Of a stretch of DNA of 64,000 nucleotides, positions 7,720-15,202 are shown piece by piece. Each line of letters starts with the position of its first letter. Positions within the stretch are counted from its first letter, which is position 1. The notes under the pieces are model-generated. The model ran no database searches, was not told where the DNA came from, and saw only the letters and a program-made list of their open reading frames with translations. Made by a program: the position numbers and the translations under genes. Source of the DNA: a virus (lineage: Duplodnaviria > Caudoviricetes); the IMG/VR virus record IMGVR_UViG_3300025154_001556, one strand, 5' to 3'.

Positions 7720-7794
7720 TGGTAGCGGCAGTAGGACTCGAACCTACATAACCAGGGATATGAACCCTGTGAGAAGCCTTTTCTCGATGCCGCG
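7720..7794 (-). tRNA. initiator-type tRNA-Met(CAU); CCA encoded
   Basis: Anticodon arm CAGGG TTCATAT CCCTG with three consecutive G-C pairs, and an unpaired C1 in the acceptor stem. Confidence 0.88.
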
Positions 7795-7804
7795 ACACAT
7801 TTTA

Positions 7805-8107
7805 TTATTTATTTCTTGTAAAAAATAAATGATTAAAAAACTCAAAGTTTATTTTTTGAAGATACTCTGAGGGTGATTCAATATCAAGACCAAGTTGTTT
7901 TACTATTTCACTGGTTACTTCCTCGTCTTGTAAATATTGTTGGTTAAAATTATAAAACTCATACAAATCTTCGTCAGATAAACCGTTCATGTGTTCCTTC
8001 CATGCTGCTTGACAAGTAGGGCAAACATAAGAAGAGTCTTCATTATTATTAATACAATTAGGATCTGAACATTCAGGGTGAAAATCTAAAAAGTCGGGTG
8101 CGAACAT
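7805..8107 (-). CDS. hypothetical protein (CxxxxC/CxxC)
   Basis: ORF track; same strand and tight packing. Confidence 0.6.
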   Translation of the reverse strand: MFAPDFLDFHPECSDPNCINNNEDSSYVCPTCQAAWKEHMNGLSDEDLYEFYNFNQQYLQDEEVTSEIVKQLGLDIESPSEYLQKINFEFFNHLFFTRNK

Positions 8108-8110
8108 GTA

Positions 8111-8383
8111 TTAATCCTCTATAATAGTACTGTTGGTATTATTAATTTGTTTACCATAAACTAACATATTTGGTAGTACTTCATCATTATTACTCATTGT
8201 GATTAAATCGTCTTCTAACGATTGTGTCCAATAAGGTTTACTTCGTAAATAAATTATTGCCGCTGCGTAATCTCGGCCAATCCCAAGTTCTTGTTCAACT
8301 TCTTTAATTCTACTAAAAAAAATTCTATGGTTACTAATAGCTGCTGAGTCTAATGTGTTTAGAGTTTCTTCTATTCTAGCCAT
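8111..8383 (-). CDS. hypothetical protein
   Basis: ORF track; SD GAGG upstream. Confidence 0.6.
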   Translation of the reverse strand: MARIEETLNTLDSAAISNHRIFFSRIKEVEQELGIGRDYAAAIIYLRSKPYWTQSLEDDLITMSNNDEVLPNMLVYGKQINNTNSTIIED

Positions 8384-8450
8384 GTCTGTAATTTCCTCGC
8401 TCCTATTTAGTTTTTAATAATTCTTATCCTTAACTACTAAACTTGTTAAT

Positions 8451-8479
8451 AGTATAACATGTATTAACTGAGTTGTCAC
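8451..8479 (-). promoter_or_regulatory. sigma70-type promoter
   Basis: GTGACA-N17-TATACT. Confidence 0.55.
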
Positions 8480-8482
8480 TAC

Positions 8483-8908
8483 TTATTTTATAGTTAGTTT
8501 AATACCCATAGTATTTAAATAAAATACATACTCATCCAAGCTGTTTAAATTGTTTAACAACTCGTTGTGCTTTTTACATTCTTTTATATGCTTGTAAGTA
8601 TCGTCGCAACGACAAGTTTTACCACATAGTTTACATCCACAATACTCCACGGGATAATTACCCTCTATACCCCAGCTACCACCATTATAGTATTCATACT
8701 TGGTTTCAGTATTTTCAAAAAGCAGTGTAGGTAATTTTCTAAAAGCTACACTATCTGGGTAATTATCAAACAACTTGTGTGACCAGTGTGGAACTAATGC
8801 TTCTATAATAGCAGCCTGGTTACTGTAAGATAAAGTGTCAAACAACAGCATTACTATATTTTTAAGTTCTGCTTGCTCAAACAATGTTTCTTTTGTGGGT
8901 ATGGCCAT
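8483..8908 (-). CDS. hypothetical protein with Cys cluster (CGCKLCGKTCRC)
   Basis: ORF track; SD GAGG. Confidence 0.6.
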   Translation of the reverse strand: MAIPTKETLFEQAELKNIVMLLFDTLSYSNQAAIIEALVPHWSHKLFDNYPDSVAFRKLPTLLFENTETKYEYYNGGSWGIEGNYPVEYCGCKLCGKTCRCDDTYKHIKECKKHNELLNNLNSLDEYVFYLNTMGIKLTIK

Positions 8909-8924
8909 AATTTACCTCAATTGT

Positions 8925-9176
8925 TTAGTACTCTACTGTGTAACTTTCAACAAATAATATTGATCTAACTGGTATTAACATTTTACCTACTTCTATAAAA
9001 GTGTTATCATTATTATGGTCAGCTATTACTTCTAATGGGTCACAATTTTGATTCCTGGATCTGCCCGAATCACGTGAAATAGACAAATAAGTACATGTAG
9101 TGCCTAGTAAATCTACTTCTAAACCATTAAGTAAAACCAATTTATAAGCATACATTCCATAGCTCCTTATTATCAA
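8925..9176 (-). CDS. hypothetical protein
   Basis: ORF track. Confidence 0.5.
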   Translation of the reverse strand: MIIRSYGMYAYKLVLLNGLEVDLLGTTCTYLSISRDSGRSRNQNCDPLEVIADHNNDNTFIEVGKMLIPVRSILFVESYTVEY

Positions 9177-9385
9177 ACTTTAATTAGATCTGGCTCTTTT
9201 AAACCCCAACATTCTAATTCGAACTCGTATAAATAGCCTATCACTTCTTCTGACTCGTTAGGATGTTCTAATTTAATTTCTTCTAATGTTTTAGGGCGAT
9301 ATTCTCCAGGCTTATCACCGTAAGTTTGTTTCATTAATGCTTCATCTCGTTCTTCACATAAACGCATAAACCAGTTTTTAAGCAT
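9173..9385 (-). CDS. hypothetical protein
   Basis: ORF track; SD AAGGAG. Confidence 0.6.
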   Translation of the reverse strand: MLKNWFMRLCEERDEALMKQTYGDKPGEYRPKTLEEIKLEHPNESEEVIGYLYEFELECWGLKEPDLIKV

Positions 9386-9405
9386 CTTGTCTCCTTTAAA
9401 GCGTC

Positions 9406-9490
9406 CCCTCTTCCAAAGTCTATCGAAGTCACTCGATGTTGCTCTGATGACTAGTCAGAACCGGGATGTTTATCCCGCTAAGGAAGAGGG
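9406..9490 (-). ncRNA. tRNA-like four-way-junction RNA (85 nt) of unknown function
   Basis: CCCTCTTCC/GGAAGAGGG closing stem plus hairpins CGGGAT-AAAC-ATCCCG, TCTGA-CTAGTCA-TCAGA and ATCGA-GTGACT-TCGAT. Confidence 0.55.
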
Positions 9491-9496
9491 TTGTTG

Positions 9497-9578
9497 TGGA
9501 GAGTGATGGAGTCGAACCACCCGAGCTTCCGCATCTGATTTACAGTCAGACCCGCTGCCATCTACGGTATAACTCTCC
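9497..9578 (-). tRNA. tRNA-Tyr(GUA); no CCA
   Basis: GGAGAGT/ACTCTCC acceptor; TCTGA CTGTAAA TCAGA; long variable arm; TTCGAC. Confidence 0.92.
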
Positions 9579-9610
9579 CTTTTATGCTTAGTATTATAGC
9601 ATAAAATTAT

Positions 9611-9898
9611 TTAACTGTCAATAGCTTCTTCTAATATTAAAGTTTCTAATAATGGAGGCAGTTGATTAAAAGAATTTAAAACTACCTCCCCAGTAGCTAC
9701 ATTTTTTGTTTCTATATACGTAGAATACGTAGTACCTCTATTAGAGCCCGCGTGTTTAATTGGGACAGAAAATGTTATTTTATCTCCAATTTTCAGATCT
9801 TTAAATAAACGGGCCTTAGTTTTACGTAGAATTTTTGCTACTACTAATATGTTGCTTTTTAATAGTATATCATTCATTTTATACTCCTTAATAAACAT
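9611..9898 (-). CDS. hypothetical protein
   Basis: ORF track; start may be MNDILL. Confidence 0.55.
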   Translation of the reverse strand: MFIKEYKMNDILLKSNILVVAKILRKTKARLFKDLKIGDKITFSVPIKHAGSNRGTTYSTYIETKNVATGEVVLNSFNQLPPLLETLILEEAIDS

Positions 9899-9925
9899 AT
9901 TACTTTATTGTGGTATATGTTTATT

Positions 9926-9954
9926 AGTATACCATACGCTGTAATCATTGTCAA
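9926..9954 (-). promoter_or_regulatory. sigma70-type promoter
   Basis: TTGACA-N17-TATACT. Confidence 0.75.
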
Positions 9955-9955
9955 C

Positions 9956-10459
9956 CTAAAATCTTTTTGGTATTAAATTAGAGTTGTCCGGTCTATTAGC
10001 CATTATCTCCGTAAGCTTGGTAAAAGATACGGGATAAAAATTATTGTTATCTACACCAACATCCCAACTCTTACCAATAGGAGGTAGTTTGCCATGACTG
10101 TGCCCGTAAAGATTCCAACTATTATAGTGACTCGCATTCCATACTCGTAAACTATAATGAGAACAAACTATCTTCTGTCCTTCAATAGTACGTTCCCAAA
10201 TATCACCATAGAATTTATCCTTTTTATGGTCGTGATTACCGCGAATAAAGACGTGGCTACCATTAAGTTGTCGCACATATTTCTCACGTGGCTGAAAGCT
10301 AAAATCACCGACGTGGATAACCACATCTCCATCCTTAACTACTTCATTGTGTCTACGTATAATTTCATCATTCATTTCTTGCGCTGTACTAAAAGGCCTC
10401 GCACAGTACCTAATGATATTGAAATGACCGTAATGACAATCCCCGCTAAAAAAATACAT
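9956..10459 (-). CDS. calcineurin-like metallophosphoesterase
   Basis: DCH, GDF, GNHD, HY and HGHSH motifs. Confidence 0.9.
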   Translation of the reverse strand: MYFFSGDCHYGHFNIIRYCARPFSTAQEMNDEIIRRHNEVVKDGDVVIHVGDFSFQPREKYVRQLNGSHVFIRGNHDHKKDKFYGDIWERTIEGQKIVCSHYSLRVWNASHYNSWNLYGHSHGKLPPIGKSWDVGVDNNNFYPVSFTKLTEIMANRPDNSNLIPKRF

Positions 10460-10462
10460 AGC

Positions 10463-11098
10463 TTAATACCTCATCCACTGTTTTTTCTTTTTTGTACAAT
10501 CTTTCCAACAAGTAGAATGAAAGTCACTTCTATATGTATCATCCCACGAATTAGCTAAATTCATTAAATTCCTACAAGCACGTACATAGGGAGCATGTCC
10601 ACAACTTAAACGCCGTTCTTGTGTTGTTTTAGGGCGTCTATAATAGTGGCTAAAATGCCATTTTCTTTTGCCTGTATAAGGGACAGGCCCATTACGGAAA
10701 CCTAACCACTCATACTCTTTAAACCTGTTACGTTTAGTATACTTTTTAGGCACGTAGTTGTCAAGATCTTTTTCTATTTGTTCTGTATTTATTACTCTAA
10801 AATTAGCATCCAGAAGTAGGAAATCAACGGTGCTTCTTATATCTTTACCTATCCAACTTCCTGTCTTTATAGGCTCAAAATAAATATAAGTGTCATTCCA
10901 GTTGTTGCCAATATTTTGTGATAACTCCTTAGCAATACTTTTTGGGCGAAAATATTCACGTAATGTTTTTCTGTTAGGATCACGCCATTGGCGTTTGCGG
11001 TATCTAGCTAATAAAAAGTCTGTGTAAGATTTGAACTCCTCATAGTTGTTATCCCTATCAACCAAATAAACTCTTTCATCTTTATTAATTGTGTGCAT
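10463..11098 (-). CDS. hypothetical phage protein (RRPKTTQERR...NSWDD...CWKD)
   Basis: ORF track; its SD is sequestered in a hairpin. Confidence 0.7.
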   Translation of the reverse strand: MHTINKDERVYLVDRDNNYEEFKSYTDFLLARYRKRQWRDPNRKTLREYFRPKSIAKELSQNIGNNWNDTYIYFEPIKTGSWIGKDIRSTVDFLLLDANFRVINTEQIEKDLDNYVPKKYTKRNRFKEYEWLGFRNGPVPYTGKRKWHFSHYYRRPKTTQERRLSCGHAPYVRACRNLMNLANSWDDTYRSDFHSTCWKDCTKKKKQWMRY

Positions 11099-11106
11099 TT
11101 AGATTC

Positions 11107-11137
11107 TCCTTTAAGTTAAATTAATAAACTTAAAGGA
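11107..11137 (-). promoter_or_regulatory. 11-bp hairpin covering the SD of ORF 10463..11098
   Basis: TCCTTTAAGTT-N9-AACTTAAAGGA(G). Confidence 0.65.
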
Positions 11138-11208
11138 TATCTTGTACGTAATAATATAATATTTTATATTTCATAATGTTAATTTATTTCCAGTGTAAAA
11201 TATTAGAT

Positions 11209-11302
<94 letters not shown>

Positions 11303-11318
11303 ATAGTCAATAAAATTG

Positions 11319-11401
11319 CGGAAAAGGTAGGATTCGAACCTACGGAACTTTCGCTCAACGGTTTTCAAGACCGCCGCCTTCAGCCACTCGGCCACTTTTC
11401 C
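11319..11401 (-). tRNA. tRNA-Ser(UGA); no CCA
   Basis: GGAAAAG...GCGGT CTTGAAA ACCGT, long variable arm, G73. Confidence 0.92.
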
Positions 11402-11406
11402 TATTT

Positions 11407-11460
11407 AATAAATAATAAGATGACCACAGTCTAACCACCACGGTCATCTTATTATTTATT
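11407..11460 (-). terminator. 19-bp perfect inverted repeat; probable terminator or processing hairpin
   Basis: aataaataataagatgacc-N16-ggtcatcttattatttatt after the cytochrome gene. Confidence 0.65.
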
Positions 11461-11476
11461 TTAATCTATGCTAATA

Positions 11477-12331
11477 CTATTTTAATGTATGACACTTAGT
11501 ACAAGCAATATTACGTTTTGCATGGGTATCATGAAGCCCACTATTCCAAGTTTTCCTACTGTGACAGGTGCTACATAAGTTTTGCCACGGAGTCATAATA
11601 AAACCAGTAGGGTCAACGGTACCTGTACCAGGAGTAGGGGTAGGGGTAGGGGTAGGGGTGGTGCCTGTGTCCCCGTCAACCCCATCTTTTACCTCACCTG
11701 AGCCCACTGTAACATGGCAGTCCAAGCAGCCCTGATGTATAAGGTATGTTTCTTTCCTAAAACCAGGTGTGGCATGTGGATAGTGGCACATTTTACATGT
11801 TATAATATCCCCTTTTAGCAGTACAGCGATCCCGCCCCCAGATACAATTTCATCACCACTCATAGGGTCTTTAACAAAACCCCCATTTCCGTCGGCTACC
11901 TTTCTACCGTTAAATACGAAATCGTATTGAGCGCAGATAAACTTGTCGAATGCAACCACTGAGTCCTTCCCATTATGACAGTCTCTGCATACACCAACAC
12001 CTTCACGCTTTACTCTCTCGCCATGATTTACTCCATGTGCGTTGCCGGGTGACGGTAAAAACTTAGTAACAGTGTCCGGACATTCTGGACAAACCGGGTC
12101 TGGACATTCTGGACAAACTTGATCTTTACATTCCTCGCACGAAGGACACTCTCTATCTTTACATTCCTCGCACGAAGGACACTCTTTATCTTTAACTTTC
12201 TTTTCTTGTTTGTAAGACTCTCTATCGCGTTTATGCTCATCATCCTTAGCAATAGATGTACCCGCTACCATAAAACTAAAACAGAGTAAGATTGTTATAA
12301 TACTTAACAATTTATTCATACATTCCTCCAT
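11477..12331 (-). CDS. secreted multiheme cytochrome c (5 CXXCH motifs)
   Basis: N-terminal signal peptide; CRDCH, CKMCH, CLDCH, CSTCH, CTKCH; CPxC repeats; (TP)n linker. Confidence 0.85.
   Translation of the reverse strand: MEECMNKLLSIITILLCFSFMVAGTSIAKDDEHKRDRESYKQEKKVKDKECPSCEECKDRECPSCEECKDQVCPECPDPVCPECPDTVTKFLPSPGNAHGVNHGERVKREGVGVCRDCHNGKDSVVAFDKFICAQYDFVFNGRKVADGNGGFVKDPMSGDEIVSGGGIAVLLKGDIITCKMCHYPHATPGFRKETYLIHQGCLDCHVTVGSGEVKDGVDGDTGTTPTPTPTPTPGTGTVDPTGFIMTPWQNLCSTCHSRKTWNSGLHDTHAKRNIACTKCHTLK
12078..12193 (-). repeat. coding tandem repeats (33-nt x2 and 24-nt x2) encoding ECPSCEECKD and VCPECPD
   Basis: atctttacattcctcgcacgaaggacactc is duplicated; ggacattctggacaaac is duplicated. 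Confidence 0.85.
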
Positions 12332-12430
12332 CGTTTTGTAGTGATTTAATCACTGTTTGTGTTAGGCCTACACACAACAATGGTTAGCTTGCTATGCGTA
12401 GGTATAAAATACTTAACTGTAATTAAGTAA

Positions 12431-12459
12431 AGTATAAGACATTAAATAAAGATTGTCAA
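12431..12459 (-). promoter_or_regulatory. sigma70-type promoter for the cytochrome gene
   Basis: TTGACA-N17-TATACT overlapping the TGA of the upstream gene. Confidence 0.75.
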
Positions 12460-13421
12460 TTACTTTTAAACTTTTTAAGTAAAAATTGTCCGCATGCAGC
12501 CTTTACTTCCGATCCGGTGGATACTTGATATTTTAATTTACTGATATTATCTGAAAGTGTTTTTACTATTGTATTAAAATTTGTTGTTTCTTTAAAAGCA
12601 GATCCATCACAAGTATTAAAACGTAAGATGCGTAATTCTTTGTTGTAATTACTTGGACTATCCATAAAAGAAATAAGTTCCTTAATCTCTTCCAAGGAGT
12701 CATTGCATGACTGTAAAAAAACTTGATGGTATAATACATCAATGCCTTCTAACGCAGAAAGAATATTTAAAGCAGATACAGCTTCTATTATAGGTAGAGT
12801 ACCTGGAATTAAACCACTGCGTGTTTTTTGAAAAGCAGAATGTAATGAGTAAAATAGTCTAAAAGGACTTCTACCATCAATATGTTCTGGATTAATATCA
12901 TATAATTCTAAGGCTGTATTTAATTCTATAAATTTATTAAAATAAATATTTTTTACATTAGGGTATACAGTGGATAAATCCACCCCATCCAAGCCTTTTG
13001 CATAACCGTTAGCAAAAACCCAATTAAGTACATTTATAGAAACTTGATATACAATATCCCCGTATGGTAATGCATCACCCATACCCATCCATGAAAATTT
13101 TATGTATTTGTCTTTAAGCTCAGGTTTGTGTGCTACTTCTGCTGCTATTGCATCTTTAACATTCTGCTCTATTTGTTTAGCGGATAATTTTGTATAACCA
13201 CACTTTTTCACTGTCAGATAACAAAAAGCACAACGCATTGCACACCCTGCTGATACAGAAACAAACACGGAGTATTTATTTCTAGCTGTTGTAGTTACAC
13301 CTACTGTGTTATTACAAGAACTTACAGTTTTTATGGCAGTCTCTGAACCATCGTTGTGTATATATTTAGCCACCTGGTTATCTTTTGTTCTATAAACTTC
13401 CATAATTAACCCCGCTTTCAA
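12456..13421 (-). CDS. RlmN/Cfr-like radical SAM protein
   Basis: CAMRCAFC, MGMGD (cf. MGMGEP), SLHS and C-terminal AACGQ. Confidence 0.82.
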   Translation of the reverse strand: MKAGLIMEVYRTKDNQVAKYIHNDGSETAIKTVSSCNNTVGVTTTARNKYSVFVSVSAGCAMRCAFCYLTVKKCGYTKLSAKQIEQNVKDAIAAEVAHKPELKDKYIKFSWMGMGDALPYGDIVYQVSINVLNWVFANGYAKGLDGVDLSTVYPNVKNIYFNKFIELNTALELYDINPEHIDGRSPFRLFYSLHSAFQKTRSGLIPGTLPIIEAVSALNILSALEGIDVLYHQVFLQSCNDSLEEIKELISFMDSPSNYNKELRILRFNTCDGSAFKETTNFNTIVKTLSDNISKLKYQVSTGSEVKAACGQFLLKKFKSN

Positions 13422-13423
13422 AA

Positions 13424-14194
13424 TTATACTACTTCTAATGTAGCTGGTGCTGCCCCTTCAAAAATAACTTCTTCTTTATTAGAAAGTTTTGATAATGGGG
13501 GAATAAGATATTCAGCTACAATGTGGCGATTTACAAATATATCATTTAACCTTGTAGCCTTTTTAATCAGCTGTCTTTTAACATAAGTACCACGTTTAAA
13601 GTGTGTAGGGTAATCGTTCCAATTTACACCTTTTCTCATAAGCATGTCTAACATCTCTTCCCTATTTTTAGAGTGCAGTTCTTTGTGTGCATAATGGAAT
13701 CTTGCTGCCATAGAGACACTGTTTTTAATTGCATCTAATTCACGCCATACAAGTGTGTTGACTGCCTCCATTTTAGTAGGAACCACCCAAGCACGACAAT
13801 CAAATAGACCAGCATCTTCACCTTTTTCAGGAATAACTTCTTTAAGATAAGAAGAAAACATAACTGATGCCGCTGAAGCCAATACAGAAACAATCTTCTG
13901 TATTTTTCCATCAAAATAAACTTGTTTATTATAACTATCGCTATATAAAATAAGGCTTATTTCATCACTTTGGGTGTAACCTATTATTGCGTTTGACATT
14001 GAAACTAACGCCCCAGTGACATTTATCATTAAATGACTTAAACGTTCATCATAAGGCCTTTTAAGGCCTTTTGTAAGTGTACTAAAACATTTACCATCCA
14101 ATCTTACACATATAGGTAGTAAAGGAGTAAATTGTCTGCCTGACTCATAACGCTCTAACAATTTCATCCTGTCACCCAGCGCATCTTTATTCAT
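13424..14194 (-). CDS. tRNA(His) guanylyltransferase Thg1-like protein
   Basis: RLDGKCFS, GYTQSDEISL, FDCR and FKRGT motifs. Confidence 0.9.
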   Translation of the reverse strand: MNKDALGDRMKLLERYESGRQFTPLLPICVRLDGKCFSTLTKGLKRPYDERLSHLMINVTGALVSMSNAIIGYTQSDEISLILYSDSYNKQVYFDGKIQKIVSVLASAASVMFSSYLKEVIPEKGEDAGLFDCRAWVVPTKMEAVNTLVWRELDAIKNSVSMAARFHYAHKELHSKNREEMLDMLMRKGVNWNDYPTHFKRGTYVKRQLIKKATRLNDIFVNRHIVAEYLIPPLSKLSNKEEVIFEGAAPATLEVV

Positions 14195-14228
14195 AGTTTC
14201 CTCCTAACAAATGCTTAATAAAAAAAAA

Positions 14229-14308
14229 CGGCAGAGAAAAGTGATTAAACTGTTTTTGAGTTCTGATTAATGGTCAGAATGAAGTAAGTGTAATCTGCAC
14301 TACTACCG
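14229..14308 (-). ncRNA. structured RNA or terminator-like element downstream of tRNA-Glu
   Basis: CGGTAG...CTGCCG closing stem, internal TTCTGA-CCATTAA-TCAGAA hairpin, followed by a T-run. Confidence 0.35.
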
Positions 14309-14312
14309 TTTG

Positions 14313-14386
14313 CGCTGTGTACAGGAGTCGAACCTGCGAATGCCGACTAGAAAGGTCGGTGTCTTAAACCACTTGACTAACACAGC
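14313..14386 (-). tRNA. tRNA-Glu(UUC); no CCA
   Basis: GCTGTGT/ACACAGC; CCGAC CTTTCTA GTCGG; GCAGG TTCGACT CCTGT. Confidence 0.9.
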
Positions 14387-14422
14387 GTAAATTGATTTTA
14401 GGGTTTTTTATTAATTTCTTTA

Positions 14423-14590
14423 TTACCCTTTTCTAATAAAAAATTTTATCCATAGGAAAGAAAATTTAAGCAGCTCTTTTAAAGTAATACGTTCACCAGC
14501 AAACCAAGTAGTAGCTAAACCAAAACCCACACCTATAACAATATAGATAGTAAATAATACAAAAACTATACAAAGTAAATCAAGTAGCAT
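14423..14590 (-). CDS. small membrane protein (55 aa), absent from the ORF track
   Basis: Hand-translated MLLDLLCIVFVLFTIYIVIGVGFGLATTWFAGE...; SD GAGGTG. Confidence 0.5.
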   Translation of the reverse strand: MLLDLLCIVFVLFTIYIVIGVGFGLATTWFAGERITLKELLKFSFLWIKFFIRKG

Positions 14591-14607
14591 ATGCCCACCT
14601 CATACAA

Positions 14608-15180
14608 CTAAGTTGTTTTAGAAATTAATTCTTTTGCATACTCAAAATGTTTAAGTACATCCTTAAATTTAGGACTTTTTTCCCCTCCTGTCCTTAGCAG
14701 ATAGGACGGATGATATGTAGGTATAGCATAAATGTCCTTAGCATATTCATACAAGCGTCCCTGCATTGCACTTAGTGTTTGCTTCGCATCCAAATTTAAC
14801 ATAGCTCCGGCAGCGTCTTTACCTAACAATAATATTACTTTTGGTTTAATTAAATTTACCTGTGTTATTATATAGGGTAAACAGGCGTCTATCCAATCTT
14901 TTTGGAGCGGTTGGCCAGCAGCTAAGTAACATTTAACTAAATTAGTGATGTATACATCTTCATAAGTTAAAGATGTTCTAGCTAAAATTACATCAAGTAG
15001 TTTACCGGCTCTACCAACAAAAGGTATACCGACTTTGTTCTCTTCGTCTGCTGGCACCATACCACATATAAGAAGTTTAGCAGTAGGATTCCCTTTATCA
15101 AAAACGGGAAGCAGACGTCCTTCGTGTAGTGAACAAGCAGTACATTCTGCTGCCATATAATATAAGGTGATTAAATCCAT
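14608..15180 (-). CDS. uracil-DNA glycosylase, family 4
   Basis: CTACSLH, GIPFVGRAG, TNLVKC and TYHPSY. Confidence 0.9.
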   Translation of the reverse strand: MDLITLYYMAAECTACSLHEGRLLPVFDKGNPTAKLLICGMVPADEENKVGIPFVGRAGKLLDVILARTSLTYEDVYITNLVKCYLAAGQPLQKDWIDACLPYIITQVNLIKPKVILLLGKDAAGAMLNLDAKQTLSAMQGRLYEYAKDIYAIPTYHPSYLLRTGGEKSPKFKDVLKHFEYAKELISKTT

Positions 15181-15202
15181 TCAGTTAAATCCTCAATTTT
15201 AG

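Noticed and set aside
7595-7828. 77-aa plus-strand ORF
   Set aside because: It is the antisense reading of two tRNAs and the (TA)n tract.
12078-12193. CRISPR-like repeats
   Set aside because: They are only two-copy, in-frame coding tandem repeats without unique spacers. I saw no CRISPR array in the window.
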